Below, piece after piece: positions 52,956 to 62,994 of a stretch of DNA of 64,000 bases; the stretch's first letter is position 1; every line of letters starts with the position of its first letter. This DNA comes from Candidatus Poribacteria bacterium. GTDB taxonomy: Bacteria; Poribacteria; WGA-4E; PCPOR2b. Position numbers and translations under genes: made by a program. The notes beneath the pieces were generated by a model, which made no database searches, had not been told where the DNA came from, and saw nothing but the letters and a program-made list of their open reading frames with translations. The DNA lies in the NCBI GenBank assembly GCA_965218095.1, contig OZ244587.1, positions 2,304,001 through 2,368,000 on the forward strand. Direction: 5' to 3'.

Positions 52956-53957
52956 CTAACCGCCCGACTCGGCGGAGCGATAAGCCGCTTCCATCATTTC
53001 CATACAACGCAGACCCTCCACCCAAGTCAGGCAGAGCGGATGTTCTTCCTGAACCCAGCGCACGAAGTCACCGATCTCCAGCCGGTAGGCGTGGTCGAAG
53101 CCCAGATCACCGAAGCGCTCGTGATGTATTTCCTCTTCGTCGAGACGCTGCCAATAGAGATCGATATGGTCTAGGAAGGGAACCAGCTTGAAGCCGCCCT
53201 GCCGGCATTCCGCCCAGGGCCCTTGAGATTCGCGGAACTTGTGCAGCGGGTAGGATAGCCCACCGTTGATGGTCGCCAAACCCCCGGACTCGAATTGAAA
53301 TGTCGTATGCAGGATGTCGAGGAATTTGTATCGCTCGTCATGTTGTGGGCCATACATGGCTATGACTTTGGCAGCATCACCGCACATCGCCCGAAACCAG
53401 TCGATAACACGCACGCCATGCATGTGGAAGAAACCACCGCTCAGTTGGGGGTCAGCCCACCATGTGCCGAAAAAGTTGTAGGGACGGTTGTCAGTGTACT
53501 CGGTGACCGTCACCGCCAGGGCCTCTCCCAGTAACGCTTCATCGGTTAACTCGATCATCCGCGCCCAAGGCGGACGCAGTCGGCGTTTGTGACCGATCAT
53601 CAGCTTGACGTCGCTTTCCCGGCAGGCGTGAGCCATCTCCCAGCACTCGGGCACAGTGCGCGCCATCGCCTTTTCACAGAACACATGCAGACCAGCCTGT
53701 GCGGCAGCAGCAGTGATTTCGGCATGGGCGAAGTTGGCGGCGGTGACCGCCACGGCGTCCAGTCCGCCCGCCGCGAACATTTTCCCGTAGTCGGTAAAGT
53801 GCGGTACATCCAGGTTCAGGGTTTGGGCTGTTTCCACCATGCCAGGGCGATTCACATCGCACAACGCAGTGATGTCCGCTGCCTCCAGCAGGTAGCCGCC
53901 GAGGTGTTTCCCAAAATCACCGCAGCCTACCAGTCCGAAACGGAGCTTCTGACTCAT
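52956..53957 (-). CDS. Gfo/Idh/MocA oxidoreductase (probable premature TAG removes the last ~15 aa)
   Basis: GLVGCG, HVFCEK, GHKRR, SGG...HG..IDW; the frame continues PIDLPLYPELEEAN after the stop. Confidence 0.9.
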   Translation of the reverse strand: MSQKLRFGLVGCGDFGKHLGGYLLEAADITALCDVNRPGMVETAQTLNLDVPHFTDYGKMFAAGGLDAVAVTAANFAHAEITAAAAQAGLHVFCEKAMARTVPECWEMAHACRESDVKLMIGHKRRLRPPWARMIELTDEALLGEALAVTVTEYTDNRPYNFFGTWWADPQLSGGFFHMHGVRVIDWFRAMCGDAAKVIAMYGPQHDERYKFLDILHTTFQFESGGLATINGGLSYPLHKFRESQGPWAECRQGGFKLVPFLDHIDLYWQRLDEEEIHHERFGDLGFDHAYRLEIGDFVRWVQEEHPLCLTWVEGLRCMEMMEAAYRSAESGG

Positions 53958-54083
53958 GAATATTATCCTCTTGGTGTCAGGTGTTGTTGACCAACAGACA
54001 TTTTAACCGAAAGTCAAATTTGCATCCACATAAAAATGCTGTTTATTTTTGGGAAAACTGTGTTATAATCTTTCAAACCTAAT

Positions 54084-54114
54084 CCTTGCGAAGGTTTGAA
54101 ACCTTCGCAAGGTT
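54084..54114. repeat. REP-like double palindrome
   Basis: Matches 10152-10184. Confidence 0.8.
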
Positions 54115-54145
54115 TTTAGCGGCGGACTGATTGGTTGGGGATAGC

Positions 54146-54350
54146 TCTAGCCCAACGCCCTGATAGGACAATTGATTGTCGGCAGCGGCGGTCTTCGCAA
54201 AGTGCGCTAGCGAGCAAAGGGTAAAGGCAAGCGTGGCGGGGTCAGGGTTATTTACTATCAGGGTTATTTACTACTGGGGAAGTGGCGTAAGATCAACTGC
54301 TTATGCTCCTCATTTATGCCAAGAGCGAACAAGACGATTTGTCATGCCTG
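54146..54350 (+). pseudogene. RelE/HigB-type toxin remnant
   Basis: GSGGLRKVR(stop)RAKGKGKRGGVRVIYY..YAKSEQDDLS; 16-bp duplication at 54242-54273. Confidence 0.75.
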
Positions 54351-54355
54351 CACTA

Positions 54356-55173
54356 GGTTCTGTTGACATTTGAGTATAAGGTTGTGGCATAATAGAAGAA
54401 TGACGCCAATAACCTTACCTGATGAACAATGGAATAAGATATACCGGTTTCTTCTTAGCTGTCCCACCATCTGTGTTGGCGACGAAGCTGCTACACGCCG
54501 CTTCGTCGAAGCCGTTCCGTGGGTGACTCGTAGCGGGGCTCAATGGAGACTTCTACCAGACCCTATGGCAAATGGAACACCCGCTACAAGCGTTTTGCTC
54601 GATGGTGCGACAAAGGTATCTTCACACAGATGCACCCCCACTTCGCCTCTGACCCCGATATCGAGTCGCTTATTGTGGACAGTACCATCTGCCGCGCTCA
54701 CCCGTCTGCGGCGGGCGCCTTAAAAAAACGTTGGCACTGAAAACCAAGCATTAGGTCGCTCTCGGGGCGGTTTCAGTACAAAAATTCACATCACCGTTGA
54801 CGGACTAGGCAATCCCCTAAGAATTCATCTGACACCCGGTCAGAGACATGACATAACTGAGGCGGAAGGGTTGATAATCGGATATAACAGTGAATATGTG
54901 ATTGGAGACAAGGGGTACGATTCGGACGCTTTTATCGCCGTTATTGAGGCAAATGGAGCGATTGCGGTGATACCGCCAAAAAGTCATCGTGTTGACCAAA
55001 GAACGTATGACAAACACTTATACAAAGAGAGACATCGGGTTGAATATTTCATCAACAAGATAAAATGGTATCGTCGTATCTTCTCTTGGTTTGAGAAACT
55101 AGCTGTCCGTTATTTTGGATTTCTCAGCTTTGTCTCCACTCTTATATGGCTCCCTTGAAATGTCGACAGAACC
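54356..55173 (+). mobile_element. IS5-family (IS427-like) element with a 1-bp deletion in orfA and one TIR mismatch
   Basis: Near-identical inverted copy of 31901-32719. Confidence 0.95.
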
Positions 55174-55499
55174 TAGTCCTGTGCTTGCGAAGGAATTACG
55201 GAATCGTCAGCCGGACATAGAAATTCTCGTTGTGGGTGAAGATCCGGCCCCACCTCATAGCACCAAGGCCCCCGAAATTCTACGTTGGATTGAGCGAGAA
55301 GGATATATCCTGATTTCATCCAACAGGAGCACGATGCCTCCGCATTTGCGAGATCGCTTGGACGCCGGCGGGATATCCCCGGCGTTCTACTATTGTGCCC
55401 CAAGCGATCGATAGGAGAGATTATTGATGCGCTTTTGCTGGTTTGAGGAGCTCCGAGCCTTGAAGAATATGGGATAAGATTGAGTATATACCGCTCTGA
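55174..55499 (+). pseudogene. DUF5615 / PIN-like toxin remnant lacking its 5' end
   Basis: SPVLAKELRNRQPDI..EILRWIEREGYILISSNRSTMPPHL..GILLLRP..IEYIPL with frameshifts. Confidence 0.65.
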
Positions 55500-55534
55500 T
55501 GCAATTAATCCCTTTTGTACGAGGAATCTGTTCT

Positions 55535-56227
55535 ATGAAAAATGGTTCTGAAACACACCCCAGCTTAGAATCAAGGCTTGACCTTGTGGAACGACGAATG
55601 CGGCGAGCCCGCCGAAATCTGAATCGACAAGTGCAGCGTGCCCTGGTCCCACTTGAAATCCAGGAAGATGTTGGTATTTCCCAGATCGAGGGCGACGTGC
55701 TGATCGTGAGTGACAACCCACACATCCAACAAAAAGTGCAGCAACTTCTCCGATCGGAGAAGTATCGATATGATATTGCCGAGGGTGGAGACGAAGCGGT
55801 TGGGTATCTGAAGCTCGGAACCTATCGAATGGTAATTCTGGATCGATCCCGCCGCAGACGCTCACAAGTCTTTCGGCACATCCGGCGTTATCTACGACAC
55901 ATCAAAGTGATCTCAATCGTCAACGATGAAAAGCGTGCGAGAGCATTGATGCAATTGGGCGGATATAGCTATTTGCTCGGCGAGAATTTCGACCCGGAGC
56001 AGTTACGAACCTGCCTAATCAGTTCACTCTGGATGGAACATCGTGTCTGTCATCTGCTAGCCAACGGGGAGCCTTGCAACCGCTCTTGCATCAACAACTA
56101 TTTGTCTGAGGACGATTATAGTGAATTAGACTACGCAGATCCGGACTTTCTGCCTCCGGATCCACTCCAAATGCAAGGTCCCAGCCCTATTGAGGAGTTG
56201 GAGGAATTGCAAAACCCTGATGAGTAG
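55535..56227 (+). CDS. Atypical receiver-domain-like protein
   Basis: VLIVSDN..LLRSEKY..IAEGGDEAV..MVILD; Cys cluster and acidic tail. Confidence 0.55.
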   Translation: MKNGSETHPSLESRLDLVERRMRRARRNLNRQVQRALVPLEIQEDVGISQIEGDVLIVSDNPHIQQKVQQLLRSEKYRYDIAEGGDEAVGYLKLGTYRMVILDRSRRRRSQVFRHIRRYLRHIKVISIVNDEKRARALMQLGGYSYLLGENFDPEQLRTCLISSLWMEHRVCHLLANGEPCNRSCINNYLSEDDYSELDYADPDFLPPDPLQMQGPSPIEELEELQNPDE

Positions 56228-56267
56228 TCGAATCTCATGAGGAATTTCGAGAGTTAGCAATCCTGGG

Positions 56268-56296
56268 TTGACTTATCATGAACAGGATGCTAAGAT
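56268..56296 (+). promoter_or_regulatory. Sigma70 promoter with extended -10
   Basis: TTGACT-17 bp-TAAGAT preceded by TG. Confidence 0.55.
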
Positions 56297-56360
56297 TGAG
56301 GGCATCTATTTATTGCCTCATCCATTTGATTTGCGATTTCCAAAATAGGAGGAGAGATAT

Positions 56361-56831
56361 ATGTTATCGGTACAGCAACTGGGGCATGTAGGCATCTACT
56401 GCACCGACCTGCAAAGATCCAAAGACTTTTATACCCGCATCCTCGGTCTCACCGTTACCGACGAGGATCCGGATGGTCACATCACCTTCCTCAGCGCACA
56501 GCCAGAGGAAGAGCATCATGAAGTCGCCCTCTGTCCGGGTAGGGATGCGCCGCCGGGCGCAAAGGTGATTCAACAGGTCTCCTTCATCGTGAAGGATCTG
56601 GCTGCCCTGAAGCAGTTTTACCATCGCTTGAAGCAGGAGGGGGCGCGTTTTCGGAGCATTGTCAGCCATGGCATCGCCCTTGCCATCTACTTCTATGACC
56701 CTGATGACAATGTGATTGAGATCTACGCGAAGACACCGTACAAGGTGCCCCAACCTCACTCGGAGGCGATAGACCTTGAGCTCTCAGAGGATGAACTGAT
56801 GACCATTGCCGAAGCAAGCCAGCAGTCGTAG
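56361..56831 (+). CDS. VOC family protein
   Basis: LGHVGI..DL..SKDFY..LGL, HHEVAL, IYFYDPD.N.IE. Confidence 0.88.
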   Translation: MLSVQQLGHVGIYCTDLQRSKDFYTRILGLTVTDEDPDGHITFLSAQPEEEHHEVALCPGRDAPPGAKVIQQVSFIVKDLAALKQFYHRLKQEGARFRSIVSHGIALAIYFYDPDDNVIEIYAKTPYKVPQPHSEAIDLELSEDELMTIAEASQQS

Positions 56832-56971
56832 CGTTGCCAATTCAAGAATTTCGCTCTGCGATCCAAAAATGCTGCTTCCGGGTGGGTCGATTAAAATTGC
56901 TTCACATGAAAATCAGGCGAACCCGAAACAAATAGTGGAAACTCTTGTGCCAACAATCTAAGGAGAGCGTT

Positions 56972-57571
56972 ATGAACTCAGAATACTCATCGACAATTGC
57001 AGAAATCGTCCAGAAACTCGACGCCCGTTATCCTCTACCACCGCTTGCCCCTAACATAGAGTGGGACAGCGCACTCACGCAACAAATTAAGAATGCTCCA
57101 CTGGAGGCGCTCTTTGATGAACAATCTGTGAAGGATTCGACGCTGGGAGCTGCTGTGCGGAGTGGATTGCTGCTCTGGAACGATGCGCTAGATGTATCAC
57201 ACACAATCTCACAGGGTATCGAAAACAAAACAGGCAGCTATTGGCACGGCATCATGCATCGGCGCGAACCGGACTACAGCAACGCGAAATACTGGTTTGG
57301 GCGTGTTGGTAATCACCCCAACTTCCCAACACTCCGCAAGCGAGCCTTAGAGCTCCTGCAAGCGCGTTCAAGCGATTCTCCTCCGCTTGCAGATTATGCC
57401 AGGGCTATTGAGGAAAAAGACGATTGGGATGTCTTCCAGTTCGTCAATTGGTGTCAGGCTGCGGATGGGGATAGTTCAACGCTAGAACCGGTGAAAGCGT
57501 TCTTGCAAGCGGTGCAAGTCGAAGAGATTAAGCTGTTGCTGGATTACTCGTATCGGCATGCGCTTGCCTGA
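56972..57571 (+). CDS. Conserved hypothetical protein
   Basis: [35 protein letters not shown]; aggag RBS. Confidence 0.75.
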   Translation: MNSEYSSTIAEIVQKLDARYPLPPLAPNIEWDSALTQQIKNAPLEALFDEQSVKDSTLGAAVRSGLLLWNDALDVSHTISQGIENKTGSYWHGIMHRREPDYSNAKYWFGRVGNHPNFPTLRKRALELLQARSSDSPPLADYARAIEEKDDWDVFQFVNWCQAADGDSSTLEPVKAFLQAVQVEEIKLLLDYSYRHALA

Positions 57572-57620
57572 AATATGCCCGGAGTTGCGGATTTTGAAAG
57601 GAAAACAAGGAGGGGTCATC

Positions 57621-58607
57621 ATGCGTTCCCAAAATAGCTTTCAGCATCACCTATTACTTACTGCGATTGGCTGCATACTTACAACGATGATTTGCATCTG
57701 TTTAGTCGATGCAGCCTCGATTAAGACCGGTTATAAATATCAAGAGATTAAGCAACTTTATAAAAAGATTATCCAAAATAGCAAATCAGCAGATCCCGCG
57801 ATGCTGATTGAGAAATCACGTGCCTTTATCGGCGAGTATCCCAGGTACAAAAGGATTGATCAGGTCTACTATATTCTCGGCAATACGCTGACCCGTGCAA
57901 ACCGCACCGAAGAAGGAATTCAGGTTTATCAACAACTCGTAAAAGACCATCCTGAAACTGCCTATGTTGCGCCTGCATTGCTGGAGATGGGATTGGCCTA
58001 CGATAAGCTCAGTCAGCATGACAAAGCGGATGCAGCGTATCGTCAGCTTATTGAACATCCAAAGTATGAGTCAAGATCTCATGCGAAGATTGCGAAGGAG
58101 TTACTTGCTCTGGAAAAAACGCAGCGCACAGGCGAACTGCAATCAAGCGGACCTCGCAGAAGCCAGCCTGATGCACTGGTTGGGAAAAAAGCGATTGATT
58201 TCCAGGTGAAGGATCTGGATGGCAATGATCTTTCGCTGGAGAAATATCGCGGCAAAGTGATCTTGCTCGACTTCTGGGCTGTGTGGTGTGGGCCTTGTGT
58301 CGCTGAAATGCCCAACGTTAAGCGGGTTCACGAGAAATATAAGGATCAGAATTTTCAGATTATTGGAATTAGCCTCGATCGTGATCGGTCCAAACTGCGG
58401 GATTACATGAAAAAGCAAGGAATCACCTGGCCCCAGTTTTTCGATGGAAAAGGCTGGCGGAATCAAGTTGCCCAAATGTATAAAGTTAATAGCATTCCGC
58501 GCATGTACCTCATTGATGGCAAAGGCGTGATTCGCAAGGCAAATGTGCGGGGGCGTGCCCTTGAGCCGGCGGTTGCCGAACTCATCCAAGAGAACAACGC
58601 CAGGTAA
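57621..58607 (+). CDS. Exported TPR plus TlpA/redoxin protein
   Basis: Signal peptide, TPR-like helices, LLDFWAVWCGPC, IP..YLID. Confidence 0.9.
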   Translation: MRSQNSFQHHLLLTAIGCILTTMICICLVDAASIKTGYKYQEIKQLYKKIIQNSKSADPAMLIEKSRAFIGEYPRYKRIDQVYYILGNTLTRANRTEEGIQVYQQLVKDHPETAYVAPALLEMGLAYDKLSQHDKADAAYRQLIEHPKYESRSHAKIAKELLALEKTQRTGELQSSGPRRSQPDALVGKKAIDFQVKDLDGNDLSLEKYRGKVILLDFWAVWCGPCVAEMPNVKRVHEKYKDQNFQIIGISLDRDRSKLRDYMKKQGITWPQFFDGKGWRNQVAQMYKVNSIPRMYLIDGKGVIRKANVRGRALEPAVAELIQENNAR

Positions 58608-58659
58608 AATTAGGGCTCTTACGCATCACGTTTTACCTTTGACGCAATAAGGAGCGGAG

Positions 58660-59785
58660 ATGGCAGATGTACGCTTAGAAAATGTCACAAAAATCTACGA
58701 TGGGAAGGTACCTGCCGTCAAAAATATCAGCTTTGAGGTGCCGGATCAAGCGTTCATTGTTCTTGTAGGTCCTTCGGGGTGTGGGAAATCCACGTTTTTG
58801 CGAATGATTGCTGGACTCGAAGAGATTACAGAAGGGAACATCTACATCAATAGTCAACGGGTCAACGACATCCCGCCGAAAGATCGGGATATAGCGATGG
58901 TCTTCCAAAACTATGCGCTGTATCCGCACATGACGGCATACAAGAATATGGGGTTTGCCCTGAAACTCCGCAAATATCCCAAAGCGGAGATCGATAAACG
59001 GGTGAAGGAAACCGCGAAGATTCTCAGCATTTCACACCTGCTTGACCGGAAGCCGAAACAACTTTCCGGCGGGGAACGGCAGCGCGTCGCCGTTGGACGC
59101 GCCATCGTTCGACACCCCAAGGTATTCCTGTTTGATGAACCCTTGAGCAATCTGGATGCGAAGCTCCGCGTGCAAATGCGTCTTCCGCGTGCAAATGCGT
59201 CTGGAGATTAGCAGGTTGCATAATCGGCTGGAAGCGACAATGATCTATGTGACGCATGATCAGGTCGAGGCGATGACGATGGGGGATGGGGTTGTCGTTC
59301 TCAATCAGGGAGAGATTCAGCAGATTGCGGCCCCGCCGACGCTTTACCATCAGCCAGCAAACGAATTTGTGGCTGGCTTTATCGGCACACCACCGATGAA
59401 TTTCATCGACGCTCAGATCGTCAGCCGTAACGGCGTACCCAAGCTTAGTTTTGAAAATTTTGAACTAGATGTGAATAGCCAGATGAAGGAAACTCTCAAC
59501 ACACTCTCAGGGACAGAGGTTAGATTGGGGATCAGTCCGGAGGATATTTTAGTCGATGACGGACTGGTGCCCGAAGACGCTGCTAACCGTGTTTCAACGA
59601 TGGTGGATTTGGTCGAGCCTCTCGGGAGCAATGTCCTGCTCTACCTCCGCACGGTGTTGAATAGCTTCATCGCTCGCGCGGAGGGGACAGTATTTCCTGA
59701 ACAGAACTCGGAACTCACTGTGACTTTCAATATGGAGAAGGCGCACCTGTTCGATCCAAACGCGGGTCAGTCGTTGACGGCGTAA
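58660..59785 (+). pseudogene. Sugar ABC transporter ATPase (MsmK/UgpC-like), frameshifted by a 19-bp duplication
   Basis: [29 protein letters not shown]; tccgcgtgcaaatgcgtct twice at 59165-59202; YVTHDQ in the next frame. Confidence 0.9.
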
Positions 59786-60465
59786 TACGTAATCAGACGT
59801 TCAAAAGTTCATTTAAAAGAAGTAAAGGAAGATACATAGATGGGAAAAAAGAGGGGCTTAGTACGGGGAAGATGGGAAGGCTATCTGGAGAATTATAACC
59901 TGCAAGGCAGGACGGCGGGAAAAACTGACGAATATTCTTCAGGCGTTTGCGCGGGTTGTGGAGAAGGCAGACGATTGAGCTAAACGATTGGACTGAAAGC
60001 CACTTCTAAATGTATACACATAGAATTGATGAAACCTGGTGTTGGGCTTTCTTCTACCGTAAAATCAGGGAGGAATGGCACGGGCTTGGGAAAATTGGTG
60101 AAGATGCGTTATGCCGTGATAACAAGCCAGCCCAACCGTCTCCGTAGCTTCAGCCCGTGCCATTCTTGACCACCTAAGAGGAGCAAATGATGTGCCAAAA
60201 TCTGTCTGACTGCCGCAGGAAATTTTATCTCTAACGACTTCATATCATTCATTTTGTGAGTGTATTCGGTGACTCTTCTGGAGAATAAGAACACAGCGAA
60301 AAATCTGTTGAACGACGATCGCGAAAAAGATTGATACCGTCTCAAAGCAAGCCATTGCGTTGTGGGCATTTTTTTATACACGGAAGAGATTTCAGAGTGA
60401 ATTGGTGTGAATGGGAGGCTAAACCCCATCGAGCATCGAAGCGAGCTTCGGCGTGACGATACAAG

Positions 60466-60702
60466 TTAGTCTAACGGTCTGAAAAGGATTCTCGGACCTT
60501 CTCTGTACTTGCGGAACTCGTCGGTCGGCATGTCCTCTACATCACAAAAGTCGCCCCACAACTTCACAATGTCGCGTCCATACTCAAAAGTTCGCTTATT
60601 AACGATGTGGTGACGGTAAACATGATTCACCCACCATATCTCCTTTGTTCCTTTTAATCGAATGAGTTTCTTCATCTTTTGAGGTTTCATGACTTGCTTC
60701 AT
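60466..60702 (-). CDS. Small hypothetical protein
   Basis: 78-aa ORF, LIRLKGTKEIWWV..RHHI..TF..W..VE pattern. Confidence 0.45.
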   Translation of the reverse strand: MKQVMKPQKMKKLIRLKGTKEIWWVNHVYRHHIVNKRTFEYGRDIVKLWGDFCDVEDMPTDEFRKYREGPRILFRPLD

Positions 60703-60789
60703 CGCTCGTTGAAATGGAACAGTGCTTGCGGTGAAGGCATAAGCAATTTCCTCTCTTCAAGCAAAAGCGAATTCTGTTTGGTCAACTGC

Positions 60790-61023
60790 CTATAGGGGGA
60801 GCACATGGTCACCACGCGAAGTGTTTTTCCCCATGAAAGCAGACCGGAGCGACTTGCGGTGGACATCTTCGGTCAACTGCGCGATCAACTGGGTCAGATG
60901 GCTATTTTCTTCTGCAAGTTTTTCGTTGATACGCCGCAAATATTGAACTTCGGATGCCAATTGGACATAAAGCTCGCCCCGATCTTTTGCGCACTGTTGC
61001 AAAATATCTTCCTGGGTCGTCAT
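60790..61023 (-). CDS. Small coiled-coil hypothetical protein
   Basis: gaggaggt RBS; heptad pattern LRRINEKLAEENSHLTQL. Confidence 0.6.
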   Translation of the reverse strand: MTTQEDILQQCAKDRGELYVQLASEVQYLRRINEKLAEENSHLTQLIAQLTEDVHRKSLRSAFMGKNTSRGDHVLPL

Positions 61024-61421
61024 AACTTCTCACCTCCTCATTGGTGATGTCAACAGCTAAAGATTCGCTTCTATAGCAGCTTGCCCTTATCTTGCAAGTA
61101 ACAGATAGTCTTGTTCGGTAAGATGTTAGATGGATTTCTGAGACAGCTAAAAGCTACTGCGCTTGATTCAGTGAACGTTGAACGCGAGAAAGAGAGCGCA
61201 TAAGCGATTCAATTTTTGGCCATATAAAATAATACGTCAAATGTTAGCCCACGGTTTCAAGATTCGTGTTGTTATTTTTCGCTGCGGTGTTGCTGCACAG
61301 GTGAGGTCAGAGTCAAGAGGTTGGTGAGGTGTTTGAACATGCAGCGTCCACAGCACTGACATGAAAGAAAAGTTCAATCGTATCCTTATTATTTCCACTC
61401 AATAGGGGAGGTCTTATTGTG

Positions 61422-61793
61422 ATGGATGATTTACAACCGTTGATACAGAAGCTAAAGGACCTGGTCAGTAAACCCTTAGATAATAGCGTTCTGAAGACGC
61501 GAAAGGCAGAAGTTGAGAACACACTCAGGCAACTGCGTGATGCATTTTTACACGGTTTTGTATCCGACAGTCAGGTTCAACAGATCGTGACACTTTCTGT
61601 CAAATGGTCAATGTCACAACTGTGGCATTTGGTCGTGGATGCAAAACATTACGGTGTCTCCCAGGAGCATCAAAAAAAACTAGAGGAGATACTAAAGGAG
61701 CTACGGAAGAAGTGTGAAGGTGGTTTTGTGTCGGATAAACAGGCAGCAACGATAAGAAGTTACAAAAGTCGGATAGCAGAATTACAGGCCTGA
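61422..61793 (+). CDS. Hypothetical helical protein
   Basis: ggagg RBS; GFVSD occurs twice. Confidence 0.6.
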   Translation: MDDLQPLIQKLKDLVSKPLDNSVLKTRKAEVENTLRQLRDAFLHGFVSDSQVQQIVTLSVKWSMSQLWHLVVDAKHYGVSQEHQKKLEEILKELRKKCEGGFVSDKQAATIRSYKSRIAELQA

Positions 61794-61995
61794 GAACGAC
61801 CCACGTCGCGGCGGACTCCCGTTTGGCCACGCCCAGGTCACGGCTTTTCTTGGACTGCCGTTTCTCGTGGACGACGATCTGGTTGGGGCGGTCGCGCTAG
61901 CGAATCGGCCGGGCGGCTACTCGATGGCGGAGGTGGGGTTGCTCGCGCCTTTATGTGAGATCGGTAGGCTGATGACTTCCGCCGCGCGGTGCAAA
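61794..61995 (+). pseudogene. GAF-domain fragment
   Basis: NDPRRGGLPFGH..AFLGLPF..LVGAVALANRPGGY with no start. Confidence 0.6.
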
Positions 61996-62060
61996 ATCTC
62001 GCAAAGCAAAATCTCGCAAAGTTAGAGAATTGCCGCCGCGGGTCATAGGAGGAGATTACG

Positions 62061-62819
62061 ATGTCTGATGAATTCATGACGATTTTTGAAAAACTCTGGA
62101 TCACGCTACGCGCACGGTGGTGCGATAACCACGACCTCGGTGGTGCGTTGGCGTTCAGCCACGACCGCGTGAAGATTCCCTTCTTTCACCGAGTCGTACA
62201 GGTGAACGTGGACGAGGCGCGGGTGGACGGGTTAATTGACGATGCGCTTCACCTGTTTCGGGACAAAAACTTCGATTGCGCGTTTACCCTTTCGTCGCTG
62301 GACCGCCCTGCTGATCTCGGCGAGCATCTGAAGCAGCGCTGCTTCGAGGAGGGTGTGTTGGCGTCAGCGATGATTTATGACCCGACCGCCACACCGCCGT
62401 CTGCGCAAACTATCGCGGAAGTCGATGTCTCGCCCGATAGCGAATATGATCTTTGGGCGGAGGTGATGCGCCGCGGTTTCGGTGATCCGCAGACTATGGG
62501 TGAGGTCGGACGTTTTGTGTTGGTCGTGCCTGAGGTGCGCCGCTATCTGGCGCGTGTAGACGGTGCGCCGGCGGGCGTGACGCTAGTCTACTCGCAATTC
62601 AGCATGGGCTACCTTGACCACGTTGCTACACTGCCTGAATACCGCCGTAAGGGGGTCGCCTCCGCGCTGATTACGCGAGCTGTCGCTGGCTCGCAGGCTT
62701 TGGGTAACCGCTGGACGACGCTGGAAACTACGACGGGAAGCAACGCCGAGCGGGTGTACCAACGACGGGGTTTCCGCACCGCATATCACCGGCGTCACTA
62801 CATCATGAGTAATACGTGA
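62061..62819 (+). CDS. GNAT acetyltransferase
   Basis: VATLPEYRRKGVASAL, A.RVYQRRGF. Confidence 0.88.
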   Translation: MSDEFMTIFEKLWITLRARWCDNHDLGGALAFSHDRVKIPFFHRVVQVNVDEARVDGLIDDALHLFRDKNFDCAFTLSSLDRPADLGEHLKQRCFEEGVLASAMIYDPTATPPSAQTIAEVDVSPDSEYDLWAEVMRRGFGDPQTMGEVGRFVLVVPEVRRYLARVDGAPAGVTLVYSQFSMGYLDHVATLPEYRRKGVASALITRAVAGSQALGNRWTTLETTTGSNAERVYQRRGFRTAYHRRHYIMSNT

Positions 62820-62994
62820 CGAACAGAAAAACGGGGCTTCTCACGTTTTACACTTTACTTCATTCAAAAGGAACTTATAACATGGCGCTGAAAGCCTAGA
62901 TGCGCATAGGAAGCTGGAGGGATTCGGGGCTTTGTTTTCGGTCGAACGCTTTTTGCGGATGCGCAGGGACAGTTCACGGTTCCGGCGTTTCCAT

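Noticed and set aside
16322-54210. Stop-codon reassignment suggested by in-frame TGA and TAG codons
   Set aside because: Both codons occur at positions expected for different residues (W, Q, R, P, L) and both terminate normal genes; this fits random nonsense mutation
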